From Massalongia carnosa (taxonomy: Eukaryota), in assembly GCA_965645245.1 (NCBI GenBank), contig OZ287067.1, positions 3,286,001 to 3,350,000 on the forward strand: a stretch of DNA of 64,000 nucleotides, read 5' to 3'. The notes beneath the pieces are model-generated. The model searched no databases, was not told the DNA's origin, and saw only the letters and a program-made list of their open reading frames with translations. The translations under genes and the position numbers were made by a program. Numbering within the stretch: the first letter of the stretch is position 1; every line of letters begins with the position of its first letter. Shown here one piece after another: positions 24,579 through 37,426 of this stretch.

Positions 24579-25275
24579 TCATCTGAATTCATATATGGGG
24601 TTACCATATTTGTCATTTTTACAGTTTCCATCTGCATCAAGTTCGCAGTCTTGAAATTTGTCATTTAGCTGGTGTTCTAGATCAAGCAAATCAGAATCTA
24701 CGGGCAGATCACCCGTGTCTCGTATCGCACAGCATCCAACATTCTCGTAGTTACCGAAGCATGGATTATCGCTAATAGTTCTCAGTACTCATTTAAGAAG
24801 AATAATGGCAGGAGAGAGATACGGACCTGTGAAAGAAATCTTTTGGGCAGTCTTGATTCCCAGCGTTGGTACAAAATGATTTATCGTAGTACGGAATCCC
24901 GTTGTACTCGCCAATGCAGCCAACTCGGATGCAGCACCGGAATATACTCAGTGGGTTATCTTGAAGTTCAGTAAGCCAAAATTCCATAACTTAGACACAG
25001 CGCTGCAGAAAAACCAGCAATGCTTATTACCTTTATGAAAATAAAAGGGAACAGCAAGGCCACTGCTACAGAGAATCTCTGGTAACCAACGCCCAGTAAA
25101 CTAATCCTTCCAGTGAGAGGATTCACAACGAATAGAAAAGATAGCTGCCTACATCCCCAAACCAGCATTTGCTGCCAGCAAGCAATTCACGGGCCATCAT
25201 CGAGTCTGTAGGTGAGGGTATTGAGCAAACCAGACTACTGGTTACTGCCAGAATGGAGAGAAGATAGATCCACAT
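24579..25275 (-). CDS. Small secreted cysteine-rich protein (4 exons, ~170 aa), unknown function
   Basis: Three GT-AG introns join in frame: MWIYLLSILAVTSSLVCSIPSPTDSMMARELLAGSKCWFGD|FTGRWLPEILCSSGLAVPFYFHK|DNPLSIFRCCIRVGCIGEYNGIPYYDKSFCTNAGNQDCPKDFFH|SDNPCFGNYENVGCCAIRD...DCELDADGNCKNDKYGNPIYEFR*. Hydrophobic N-terminus. Confidence 0.75.
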
Positions 25276-26960
25276 GTCTTTGGATTACGAAAAGAGTTTA
25301 GCGAGTTGAAGAATATACAGAACAATGGGGCAACGTGCATATAAGAGCTTTCGCAAGGACTGGGACATATGCTAAAGGTCCCGTCATGGGCGAGATTACA
25401 CCCGTGTTCACGAAAGCCACGACGGGAAATATCGCTCTATATCTACTAAGTTACGGAATAATATGTTCTGCATTCCCGCATTCTTGCGACATGAGACAAT
25501 TCAAGCTCGGAGTTGTTATGATGATAGATATCTTGAAGAGCCTCCTTTTAAGCCATCAGACTTGCCACTAAATTCCGAAAGATAATAAAGCATTACATGA
25601 AAACTATTAAATGGATGAGTACAACTACTTGGTCTCGAGCGCGATGTAGATAGGGTGTATATTGATTTTTCTCTGAGGAGGACAAAAAAGTCCAGGCTTT
25701 TGAAGTCAAATATTACAGCCCTCGAGCCTGGATGAATATTGGAACGGGCCACACGGGATCGTTCTCAACGCCGGCATTGGTCTAGCGAGATGGATGATCA
25801 GCTACGCATCCTAAACCCTTGTTGATGAGAAACTACGAAGAATATCAGGGAGAAAGCGAGAAATCAGCTATTAAATATTGGATTGATGCTAATACTAACA
25901 GCAGTTAGCGATGTAACGAGGAGCCTGGAAAAGTATATATACCTGTATCGTTATTCTTTTCTTTGGCTTCTGCTCGAAAATTTCAGTGATTCGCCTTTTC
26001 AACAAGGTAAAAGAATCTATATCTTTCGCTAACAAAGCCGGGCTAAGAAAGTATTGTCTACACCTAATCTAATCATCTCCTGCGTCCGCTTCCGAAGGCT
26101 CTTTTATCCCGGGAAAGGCTGACCACAACGATATTACATCCTATGGATATCGACTAGACGCACCGACGAATGGACGGCGGCTGATATCTCCTGTTTCAAA
26201 CTCTGGCAGAAAAGCTCCGGATTACTCTTATGAGAAGTAAACCGTAAGTGGAGAATAAAATGTTGATGTTACGCTAAACATTAGCCTAACGGACAAGTGT
26301 CAGGCAGTTGGTGACTGCTTGGCTAGAATGGGCCTAGGATAGTTTAGCCGATGTGGGTGCTCAAAAGCACCCACGATAGAACTAATCAAAACTATTCCTT
26401 CTAAATATTCGTACATGCACTATAGTCATCAACAATTCACTTCAACATAAAAGGGTCACAGTCAGGACCGCAGCTTCGCCCTCGGCACAGATTACATTGC
26501 GGGGGAAAGGAAGAAATCAACATGCAAATGGCTGGCTGCTTTAAGTAGCTTTGTGTTTTACTACATTTGCTGGAAGCGACTACTCTTGTTGCATGATGCC
26601 CATTTTTTTTTGGCCGAGGAAGGAAGATCGCCGTTTAGAGTTTTATATGGGGGAAGAGGCATCGCGGCGCTGTTGTACTTGAGTATCCCTTAATGGAGCG
26701 CTGTTTGAGAACCAGATGGTAAAGTGAGCGGTAAAAGAATACGAAAGGCGTATTCTTGGAAGTAATTTCTGTGTGCAGGGAACCTGTATGGGGATCAATG
26801 ACTACCTATTCCCACCTTAACTCTCCTTTCTTTCCCATCTTCTCTCACTCCTACTCCACCTATTTTATGCACACCTACATTCTATGTATAAGTGTATACT
26901 CGTCACAAACTGACATGCCCCTTCTCTTAGAAGAAGAGCAAAAAGTTTAAAAAGGAAAAT

Positions 26961-27078
26961 CATACAACAATCGGAATTCGCTGGTGGTCACCCACCCAAC
27001 TACTAATCGATCGATCTGAAGCTTATTTGAGGCAGAGCGGACGGGATACCAAGTTCTCCTCAGTCTGTGGTCGTATGT
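26961..27078 (-). rRNA. 5S rRNA gene (copy A)
   Basis: ACATACGACCACAGACTGAGGAGAACTTGGTATCCCGTCCGCTCTGCC...TTAGTAGTTGGGTGGGTGACCACCAGCGAATTCCGATTGTTGTATG followed by a T-rich terminator. Confidence 0.93.
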
Positions 27079-27159
27079 GAAAGAAATGGCGACAACTACA
27101 ATAAATAAAGAGCCAAACTGTTCACCCTTAAGATGAAAGAATAAAAAGAAAGAAGAAAA

Positions 27160-27280
27160 ACATACAACAACCGGGATTCGCTGATGGTCACCCACCCAAC
27201 TACTAATCGATCGATCTGAAGCTTATCAAGATGGCAGAGCGGACGGGATACCGAGTTCTCCTCAGTCTATGGTCGTATGT
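27160..27280 (-). rRNA. 5S rRNA gene (copy B)
   Basis: ACATACGACCATAGACTGAGGAGAACTCGGTATCCCGTCCGCTCTGCC...TTAGTAGTTGGGTGGGTGACCATCAGCGAATCCCGGTTGTTGTATGT followed by a T-run. Confidence 0.95.
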
Positions 27281-28010
27281 GGAAGGTATGGTGAGAGCTT
27301 GGGTAAATGAAGGAGTGGATGGATGGTTGTTTGCCTGTTGTGTCGGACGAACCTCTGGACGAATTCGAGCGACAATAGGTAGATTGGGAAGGAGCACGAA
27401 GGAAAAGCAGATACCCAATTTTTTTTCTCTACGCTGGGCACAATTTACTTCGGCGAGTATGCGCATGCATGCATCCCTATCATCCTCCACAACCGTTTTT
27501 AAGCAGGCGAATGGGCGATTTATCTATTACGGGATTTCTACTCAGCTCACCCAGTCAATCAGTACCTCCATTCCCTTCTGCTCCTGAAGAATCTAGCCTA
27601 GTGCGGATCTCATGGATCGTGCCCCAATGCGGGTTTCGGATTCTTCGAGGATGGATGGGCTTGAATTATCTCCTAAAGAGGTTATAAGGGAGCAGAAAGT
27701 TTGGAAAAGGTTGATGGAGGGGAAGATTGTATTTCTGAATGGTTTAGGTATATTAGAGCGACAGTGGACCCTTTAGCTGCATTCCCCCCCCCTCCCCTCC
27801 AAGATTTCGATGGGCATATTATTAACACTTTCCCATTCTTTGAGGTAATCAATATGTCAAACACAAACCCTCATCCCAAGCATAGGAGATTATCATCTGC
27901 AATACCGTGTCCATCTAGGTTTTCGAATTCAGGAGATATCTTTGGATCCGCCATTCTCTGGCCTCGAACCCGGTCTACTCCCAAGACCACCCCTTTGGGG
28001 TTCCATCTCT

Positions 28011-28482
28011 CATTATGCTGTGGCGGCTAAACCCAGCACCCCGTTGACGCAGATCCCATAGCAGCCCTTGTGAATACGGCACGTGGTGTCGCTATACTTC
28101 GTTGTGTCTCAATTGTCACCAAGCTCACGCCTGCAAGCGCCCAGGTAGTCCTCGCATGGGTCAACGAACTCCATGCCGGTGAGGAGTCGGCGCTAGCCGC
28201 CCGCGACCTAGAGAGCCTCGGACGTGGTTGAAGCCAGATTGATGTTGAGCACGTCGCGGGTGCTCGCGCAACCGCGGTCGGACTGGGATTTGGCCTCGAA
28301 AGGATTGAAACTGCGGAGATGGCGGCACCCGGCCAAGTTTGAACTATACCGTTCTGGGTCGAGTGGCTTGCAGCTGTTGTCAAGGACGCGGGCGCTGAGG
28401 GTTGGATGCTGGGGGAGAGCAAAGATCGGGGTGGCGAGAAGGAGGAGTGAGAGGATCACGGCAGTAGGGAGAAGCACTTTAT
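28011..28482 (-). pseudogene. Probable pseudogene of a small secreted Cys-containing protein
   Basis: Signal-peptide-like LLPTAVILSLLLLATPIFALP with no in-frame ATG (ATAAAG where ATGAAG would be expected). The frame continues through three stops into DPCEDYLGACRRE...TTCRIHKGCYGICVNG. GC-rich, codon-like composition. Confidence 0.5.
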
Positions 28483-31400
28483 GTGGTGTTCTAGCCGGAT
28501 ATTTAGGATTGAGAATGGTAATAATGGGTCCGATGAGTTGAGAAGTCTTTTTATGATCTTAATAGAGATTACAAAAGTGGAAAGACTGAAAAGTCTCGTG
28601 ATGGTACTAAAAGAAAAGGCAAGAGAGTAAAGTGATCGTATATATATCTGAAGCACCCGCGGGATAACGACCAGCCGCGTTTCTTGGCTCACGTATTTGG
28701 CTTTTGAGTTGTAGATAAAATTCACCCTGTTGCTATTCCTTTCAGGGTCTTGCGAGGATCTAATATTGAGCTCGACGGAACGTTGCCCAGTTGAAGATTT
28801 GAAAGAAATAAAGATATTACGCAACATAGCATTCTCATGACACGACCGACGCTCGATTAAGCTTGAATGATGAAAGTGACTTCGAAGGTAGCTTTGTGCG
28901 ATAGTGGACAACTCTTCCTAATCAAGCTTTGCGGTCATGAACCCCACGGTCACTAATCTTACATGTCCTTTCCCTGGCGTCTAAAAGTCCTCTGCCAAAA
29001 GAATATCATAGAGAAAGATGCTTGCGTAATTGAGAGATGAGCGGTAGATCAGGTTTCAATGTGGGTTCTTGTTTGCAGATACAGTTCATGCCTCGTGATT
29101 AGAGTATGGTCTTCACGGCTCGAGTCCCGTAACTTTGTCTCAAACCTAGGTACAAGAAAATCTTCAAGACTATCAGCAGGGGCATAACCACCTCGGACCA
29201 GATGATGTATTAGTGCTGAAGGCCATGGTACGATATGCTTGATAGCTCATGGAAACCGGCTATTCACGTTCTAGACGTTTACATTACGACTTGCAAGAGT
29301 GTTTGCAACTTAAGCGAGAGAGATCCGAGGTAGATTCGTCACTGGAAAGCATGGGCGTCAAGGCCCCAGCATTCTCAAGGACCAGTTCTGCATTTTAAGT
29401 ATAACCATCATTGTCCACGGACTGATAAGTAGCCCGCTTATAATGTACCGAGTCATTTATTGACTTGATAGTCGGTCTTTTCCAACGACGTAAGTTTCTT
29501 AATCGTCGCGACTATAGAACTTTGAGTAGGGTGACAAATTCTAAATTCAATTTAGCGATAGTCTTTCTCAATTGATTTCGCAGATGAGAAAAAGACTTGA
29601 ATCTTTGTAAATGCGTAGAAATGCATTACGCTATTGTTATGCCAAAGTGGATAAGGCAGGTGATTGTCAAATACTACATTTCCTGAATGAGTCTCTCGTA
29701 CGAACTAATGACAACTATGTAAAAGAGTTCAGGAAGAGTACTAGCTTAGAATCAAAATGGAGCAGCCTGATAGGTGGTTTTTGAGAGAATTCATCATAAT
29801 TTGTGCTAGGGTCAAAAGCCGTTTTAGGAATCGACGACGGTAGGCAGTTCCACTATAGCAGTACAAAATGTATTTCTCCAGCAAAGGAAAGTCCTTCAGG
29901 AGGTAGTGGTTTATCTTAGATAGTAGTAATAAAGATCCATATAGGATGGTAAGATGCTTGAGCACAATAATAGCTATACAAACTTTTGACATGCCAAGTC
30001 AAACCTACTTTGCTAAATCCTGAGCTACGGTAAGTGCTTTATAATGCTACCGGTTTGATTGAGCTTAAAGGCTGTCGCTTCGTCGATCTTCAATTTGTAA
30101 TTGAGGCGTCATCATCATAAAAGTCTCGTGATGTCGCTCGCAAGGGAATGAAACAGCGTCCATATCCAAGCAACAAGTATTTTGTAAGCCCAACACAAGC
30201 AAGATCCCTAACCAAGGCGGTTGAGAGAATATCTCAATCGTAGCCAGTTTCTTGTACTAGGATATCTCCCGGCAGCAGTTATATCTTCCTTTTGGTACCC
30301 AACCTGGGGTGGTGTACGAGTTTGGAGCCAAAAATTTGTTATACTAATGAGACTATGCATGCTGAGGTGAAAGCTCAACAGGAACTTATAATAGTATTTG
30401 AGGTGGTACGAGAAGAAAGGATATCTTGGATGAAACAAGGTCTTCACATCTAAAAGAACATGACTTCCTTAACCACCGCATTGCTTAATGACACGTCCCG
30501 AGGTGCTCGTGGGCGCGGCTTGAAAACGTCATCGCCACAAAATAGCATAAGCATCGAGGTAAAGGACTTGATAAGAATCCACCCGAGATTTGAAGACAGA
30601 TGAAACTATTGCACAGATGGTGTCATCTCCACGAGATAAGAAGGAACTCAAGCACCAGAGACTTCATGAAAATAACCTAAGACCAACTCGCGGAAGATTC
30701 GCGATGCCTCAGGCGCCAAATTCAATTAACTAGGACAGGGCTTTCACCTTCGGGAAATTGTGGACAATAGTTATCCAAAGCCAGTAAAGTGTGCTTAGAT
30801 GAGACTCTTGTCGTCTCTAATCCCTAGGCAGGAACTACAGTCCCCATATCGTACGCATTAGATAATTCACTTGGGTGATAGAAGCAGATGTGAACACACC
30901 CAAGACTGTTAAATGACGATATTGTGCTCCTAGTTCGTTTCTTGTTTGAACATTTACAACCAATAAATGTTGGCGTAGCTGTGTGGGGAGGAGAGAAGCA
31001 CCAGAGCCAATGACATGTCATGATGAGCAATTACGCTAGGGGATCGAAAACGCGAATCTGGCGCGTATTCTTTTCTGTAACTCTGTACTCTGTACTTCGT
31101 ACTCTCTCTCTTCTGCAAGCCATCTTCAATTGTCCAATCTGCTTCAACAGTTCCTGTTACCAAGGCATCGATTCCCTGTCTCGGCCTTGGGCACAGCATC
31201 AGCTGCATTATCGCCTTGAGCTTCCTTTCCCACTCATAGGAAACACGCCTCAGGGAGCAGCAACACGCCTGTCTGCGCCCCTTCACATCAGAAGGAGCCT
31301 AACACGTTGTGCATGCTTGCATTAGTGCTGCTCTAGTCTCTACATCTTTCGTGGTTTCTAGGTACGGGTCCACTAGGAGGAACACTTAATTGACGTGTTG

Positions 31401-31737
31401 GACGTGTCTACTCTAACTTGTTAATGTCTAGGGTATTCACCCACCCCTCGCGCCTCCCCTTGTTTCGAGGCTTCCTTACTTCTCTTGGAAACATATTACT
31501 ACCTCGCTGATCTCGCCACTTCTTCTGTCCTTCTTTCTCCTTCAAGCTTTCTTCATCGTAGGAATCAACTATCATCTTGATCATTCCTTCGTTCATCATA
31601 CAAGAGGCTTCGCGACCTGTGCTATCGATTGCTTTGCTCCCCCAATACACCTAACATCCAAAAACCCAGCTTCCTTGCTGCTCCACCCTAGTATTCATAG
31701 ACTATATTTGAATCAATATTTACTTACATATCCCGCA

Positions 31738-33085
31738 ATGGCAACTCTTGCCCCATCATCCATTATGCCCCGGCAACCCTTTGCGTGTTTAGGGGAGGGG
31801 AGGCTGAGGAACTTGTCAAATATGAAGAATTCCCAGAATGGTATGAAAAGCCATTTGCTCATTCCAAACCTGCTCAATGATGCCAACGAAACTTGGCTGC
31901 TTGAGTTTTTTGCTAAATTTAAGTCTAGCACTTTCAAGTAATGTATCCTCATCGCTCAAGCGTCGCTACGAGCAAACTAGCTTTGACGATGTGGATTCGG
32001 AGAACATGGACCCGTCGCTTTTGTCATCAACCAACAAGAAGAACAAGACTGGACTTGAAGACTTCTCGCAGCCACGCAAGGGTTCTCAATATACCCTGAC
32101 TAACACGTTGAACAAACCGTCGGCAAGACCAATCAAACCACTTCGGTCAACAGCATCTCGAGCTGTAGGACCGCAGAAACGCCATCTACTATCGACTCCA
32201 ATTGGAAAATCAACCCTACCAACAGCGAGACACATTGAGTCAGCACCAGCCGCCGCTCGTCGATCCCCCAAGAGCAAGCGCTACGGTATTCTCTCTCGTC
32301 GTCGTACATCAATTCCGTATACTCGCGTCGACCCCCCAACTTCCTTGAGCAATGGAGCCCAGGATAGTTTATCTTTCGGGATTGATGCTGCCCTCAATGG
32401 TACTATCTCGTCATACAAGGTCGAATCAGCCAAGGTTCAAGAGACTCGTGCACTCGATGAGTCGATTCGTACGAGTTGGATGTTTGATATTCATGAGGAC
32501 ACCTTACAAGAAGAACTCGGCAATCTGATTCAACATTCGACATGTACCCTTGATATCTCCGATGATGAGAGTCGTTCTGCAGCCAAGGAGGATAGAGGAA
32601 AAGAAAATGTCCCTCCCATGGATAGCACCGCTGCTGCTATTACAATTCCGGTATCAATGCCTGCGTCCCGTAAAAATCTTATGACTGACGAACCGCGCAC
32701 TCCTCTTGGAGACCTGGAGGCGACTGAATTCTATGCGGAGGGTTGTGACGTCAACTCTTACATTATCATCCCAGCTGAGCAAGAGACCGAACGAAGCGCC
32801 GAGAATGCACAATGTGCAACAGAATCTTCAACTGAGCCCCAAACTACCCCTATCCTAGAGCCTGACTGCTACTGGAAGGATTTGCTAGCACAAGTTGCCG
32901 CTGCCAAAGGCTCCCACGCTACATTCTCATCAAGCCTTAGTTACATCCAGGAGGAGTCCGCTGACGTTGAGGCTCCCGGAATTGAGATATGGGAGAGCGA
33001 AAGTGCGAAAGCAGAAGACGCATCTGTTCGTGGGGATTCACCAGCTCCTATAGGGCCTTATGATGAGCACATTGGGCAGAACTGA
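31738..33085 (+). CDS. Acm1-like putative APC/C pseudosubstrate inhibitor (ABBA, KEN and D-box motifs), 2 exons
   Basis: MATLAPSSIMPRQPFACL...-intron(31841-31928)-...WMFDIHEDTLQEELGNLIQH...DRGKENVPP...EPRTPLGDL. Otherwise low-complexity S/P/T-rich. Confidence 0.7.
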
Positions 33086-36000
33086 TCTTTATGTTGAAGA
33101 CTACTCAACATTAAGTCAACTTCACTCGTTATATGGGCCAAGCCTCACCTTGCGCTGTTTAGCTTTGCACGTTGTTTCTTTTGTTATTACCCATGTCATT
33201 GGTCCTTGAAGTACCCTCAACTGGCCACCATCACCACCGACTAGCAGAATAATCGATGCTGGACTATCATGCTATTCCATCCGGCGAGGTCCGTAACTTA
33301 CTTTTACTCTGCCGGAATCACGCTATAGACCCGCCGATCCATCTGTTTTCACTACGTTGACCTTAATGTAGCCCCTTCACCAAAAGGACCTTACGCTGGA
33401 ATAACTTACAGCATAATTCGTGTTGCTCTTCCTGGCTGTAAACACTCTTCCATCAAACCTTTCAACCTTTCGACAGCACCTTGCATAGCTCACCATATTG
33501 ACTGACTCCGGTGTATGTCTATGGGTCTTGCTTCCTTTTCTTCTTCACTCCAACAGCAAATTATCTACAGAGCAAAGCGAGTGGCGGATCTTATCGTGTT
33601 TGACTGACTTCGGTGTATGTCCGCGAGTGGAGATCCGCTGCTTTATTTGCATGTTTACTTGCTTGCGTGGTGGGATGAGATTAGGTGTTTCTAGTTATGA
33701 AATGGGAGAAAGAAGTTGATAATTCCATGGGGGTGTTTAGGGCCAGTCGAGAAGTGTGCAATAATTTTCGCCAGTTCTAGCATGGTCACGCGCTGAATGG
33801 GGGAAACGGTATTTATGAGAACTGTCAACAAATGTGTACTTAGATGGATAGGTGGCATTTGGGGCGGAGAATAGCCAAAACATACTCCCTATTTCTGGAG
33901 TCTTAGTTCCTAGGCGGCGTTTTTGGATACAGCAGGTTTTTGGTTTTTAGGGAAGGTTCCTGGTGTATCTTATTCTCTCCTATGCATGTACCTACGTGTC
34001 CGCTGAATATAAGATGTGTTTTCGCATATCTCTGTTATGTGCGGTGTCAGCCTGACGGATTAACGTTATCAATGTTGATGTTTATTGTATGGCTACCAAG
34101 TCAGGATCTATACACTTAAGGGATGTGCAGTCAAAATCTGAGCTTCAACAAATCAAAACAACTAGGTGTACGGGTATTGAAATGGGTGTGCCAATATTTA
34201 TACCCTGATCATAGTTTCAACCTTCCTGCCGTTATTTCACTATATGTTCCAGGTTCAAACTCTCGGGTCTTGTTATCTACGGTCAACAACCAGTTTGGAA
34301 GGGCTTAAGAGCCCAAGGTTGATACTCTGATGGTTGAGGAAGCATCTCCTCATTCCTGAGCACTGGTGACACAGGGCTCAGTTGACTTGCGCTATCAAAA
34401 TCAACCGTAACTTTCTCTGTAGGGCAGCTTTGCCCGCTATTCAAGAGCTGGCGTGGAATGCTTGACAGTTGCGGTTCGGCCAAGTGCTGTTTGCTCGATC
34501 CAGTGTGTCTGTGGATGCTCAACGAAAAACTGGAACTTTCGGTCTCCAAGCTGAAGGCTTGTTTTTGTCGACCCTTAAAGGCTTCAAGCACCTGAGCAGG
34601 ACTGACGGAGACCGAGCAAGGAGCAAGCTTTGTCGCCGTTCCATCGTGCCTCAAGGTGTTGTACGATCGGGGGTTTCAGCGCCGTTGTGCTGAAGAAGCT
34701 CGGCGATATATATCTTCCATGCCGTAGAATCTAACACCTTCTATGTCACAATGGGCCGCTTTCGTCAACATGTGCACCGTAGCTACAACTACATCGCGTT
34801 TTCCAATTCTGGTTGGAGGGTTTAGTCGACTTCTGATGGGCAAGTCTAGAAGAATGGAGCCGCAGGATCTGTTGGCCACATCTCTGAACGAGATTGTCGT
34901 TCCACTTCTTGAGCTAGCTAGCTAAGCTTTCTGTAAAAAAGATTGCAAATGTTACTTTTGTGGGCAATGCTGATTGTGGATGGCTGGCAGCGCTAGCTGA
35001 GTGGCCTTTTTTTTGCTGCGAGTCGAGATAATTGAACATAGGGTGGCTTTTCTCTATCCATCCAAAAAAAAAGGGGGGGGGGTTCTGAGCGTAGCAGCGG
35101 CTTTCAAATTACCGTCATGCGCCTGGAAGATGATGAAAGAGACGTTCCTAATTGCTTGGTTTGAAGTCGGACCCACTTGGTACCTCCGGGATATCGTTTT
35201 TTCCGGCTCGAAACCGTGTCTTCATGTTACGTGTACCTATAAGGACGATCGGAATGGTCTATCATATTAGATGATGCACTCAGTCCGTCGATTTAGTGTC
35301 TTCTCGAGTCGGCGTGATTTTCTTATTTGGGCAAGTACTCTATTCCGGTGTACACCGCCGCAACTTTCGGCCCATTTCTCATAAGGCCCCCTGGAGTTTT
35401 TGAATTATCTTTCCGTGGACGATAGGATGGAACAACAACGCAGGTTCACGACAACATTACAGTTTGATGCTGCTCATTGACTTGAATTGGCTGCTGTGGG
35501 AGAGATATAGCAGAGATCTTGTCTCCGAGCTCGACGTTCTGGAGTTGAATCGACAGAGACCACTCCGGGGAGGACACCATCCTAGAGATTTCGTACATCG
35601 CCAAGGCCGTTCGATAAAAGTAACCACGCGAGCCGTGTTCGCCAATACATACAGCCTTAAGACATCTCCCTTGTCAGGAAAACCACCAACGCGCCGAACG
35701 AGGCCCTGTCTGGAGTACCCACAGCAATGGAGAGCCTTGGTCTGATTGCTGCTCAACTGTTGGAATTACCCTGGTGGACATGATGATCCAGGGACCTTGG
35801 GACATTTTCCATCCAATACAGAACCTAACGAATAGGTAATTGCCGTCCGTGATGATCGTAACACCTTGAAGCTCTTCCGCGGCTTCTCTGCACTTTCTCA
35901 ATTATACCATATATCATCTAAAAACCAGCAAACGGTCGGAACCCCCCCCCCCCCCCCCCCTGCCTTTAGTTCACTCACACTAACGTATAGTTCTACCCAG

Positions 36001-36524
36001 AAACGTACAATCTCCCAGAATCCATACGAACAATTCCCCTGTTCTAAACACCAAACCGTAGAAGCTCGGGTTTCCGGATTTATTACGAGGATAAGGCCTC
36101 TCTAGGCAACCTTTTTTGCAATGATACGATGCGAACAAAGTGCGAAATTAACAGGAAACTACCGGTACATTCATTATGCTGCAGCAGCAGCAGCCACACA
36201 ATCAATCTAGGTCAAGAAAGAAGTATCCACGGAAAACGGGTTTCATCCTCGCGCTGATGAAAGAAAGAAAAAAAAAACTTTCATGAACGTAACTAGAAAA
36301 TGGTTAGCGGCCACGAAAGGCAAGAAGGATAAAATGAATGGGGTATCCATGATGTGATGATAATGATTTCTTCCTTTCTTTCCCCTTCCCTCTCGGAAAA
36401 ATTTTTTTTTTTCCAGGTTCAACCCCATTTCCGCCTCCCTCGGAAAAGTCAACAATCCGTTCATTCTGTTTTGTTTTTTGTTTTTGTTCGATTCCGCTGC
36501 TCGAACTACGGCGATCTGTGTGTG

Positions 36525-36526
<2 letters not shown>

Positions 36527-36555
<29 letters not shown>
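36527..36555. repeat. (GA)n microsatellite
   Basis: About 14 GA units. Confidence 0.95.
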
Positions 36556-36559
<4 letters not shown>

Positions 36560-37426
36560 ATAGACATATTCAGGGGGAAGATTCGGCGCGTGCGGGAGCG
36601 AGAGTGTGGATGGTAGTTAGTGTAGAGAGAAGTAGAAGAATACAGCAAAAGATAACATCGGGATATTGTTACTCTCCACCACTCCCCTGAAGTCCGCTCT
36701 CTCCCTCTGTTGGAAAGAAAGAAGAGAAACATCCCATGAGATATTCGTCTTCTTTGTACTTCTTCTGGTTAACTTTTCTTATATGATAACGGACAACGAG
36801 GTAGTAAACGACCGGGTTTCCTTCCCCCTCCCCCTCAAATAAGGCCCCCTCGTCAATTCGCATCGATGGAACTTAAAGGAGAGGGGAGAAAGAAGCAAAA
36901 GGAAAGGAACAGGGAAGGAAGAGAAAAACCTATCAGAAATCAACACTTGGGGAATAGACCGGAAACCCAAGGCGAAAAAAGAAACATTCATTGTTTCAAT
37001 TCCTCTTCTTGCCCCTCCTTTTCCCCCGCACACAATCACCAAATAACAATCACCCAACCGATCCCGACCCTGTCCGATCCCTTCCTTCCCGGAAACCCCT
37101 CCTCCCCTCATCCAAACCCCAAAGACATGAAATCCTAAATGAAACAAATCGAAAGACCCCCGCCTTGCATCTACTCGTAAGAACCCCCCAATTACGAAAT
37201 CTGCGACGTGCAATCTGGAATTAACCACGACAACCCCCTTTTTTTCTCTTCTTCGGTTTTGTCCTTCTGCGTAGACAAAAAGCGCGAGTGCTTCAGGCGA
37301 AAAGATGCGCAAGATGAGGAACACAAAAGAAATATAGGGAAAGACGATTCGCCAAGTCATCACACATTTCACACCTCCCGATGCAAGTCACTCCGGCTTC
37401 GGGACCGAGATGCTGAACCAATCTCA

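Noticed and set aside
34283..35901. Genes in short ORFs between the Acm1-like gene and the MFS gene
   Set aside because: No recognisable motifs or consistent exon structure.
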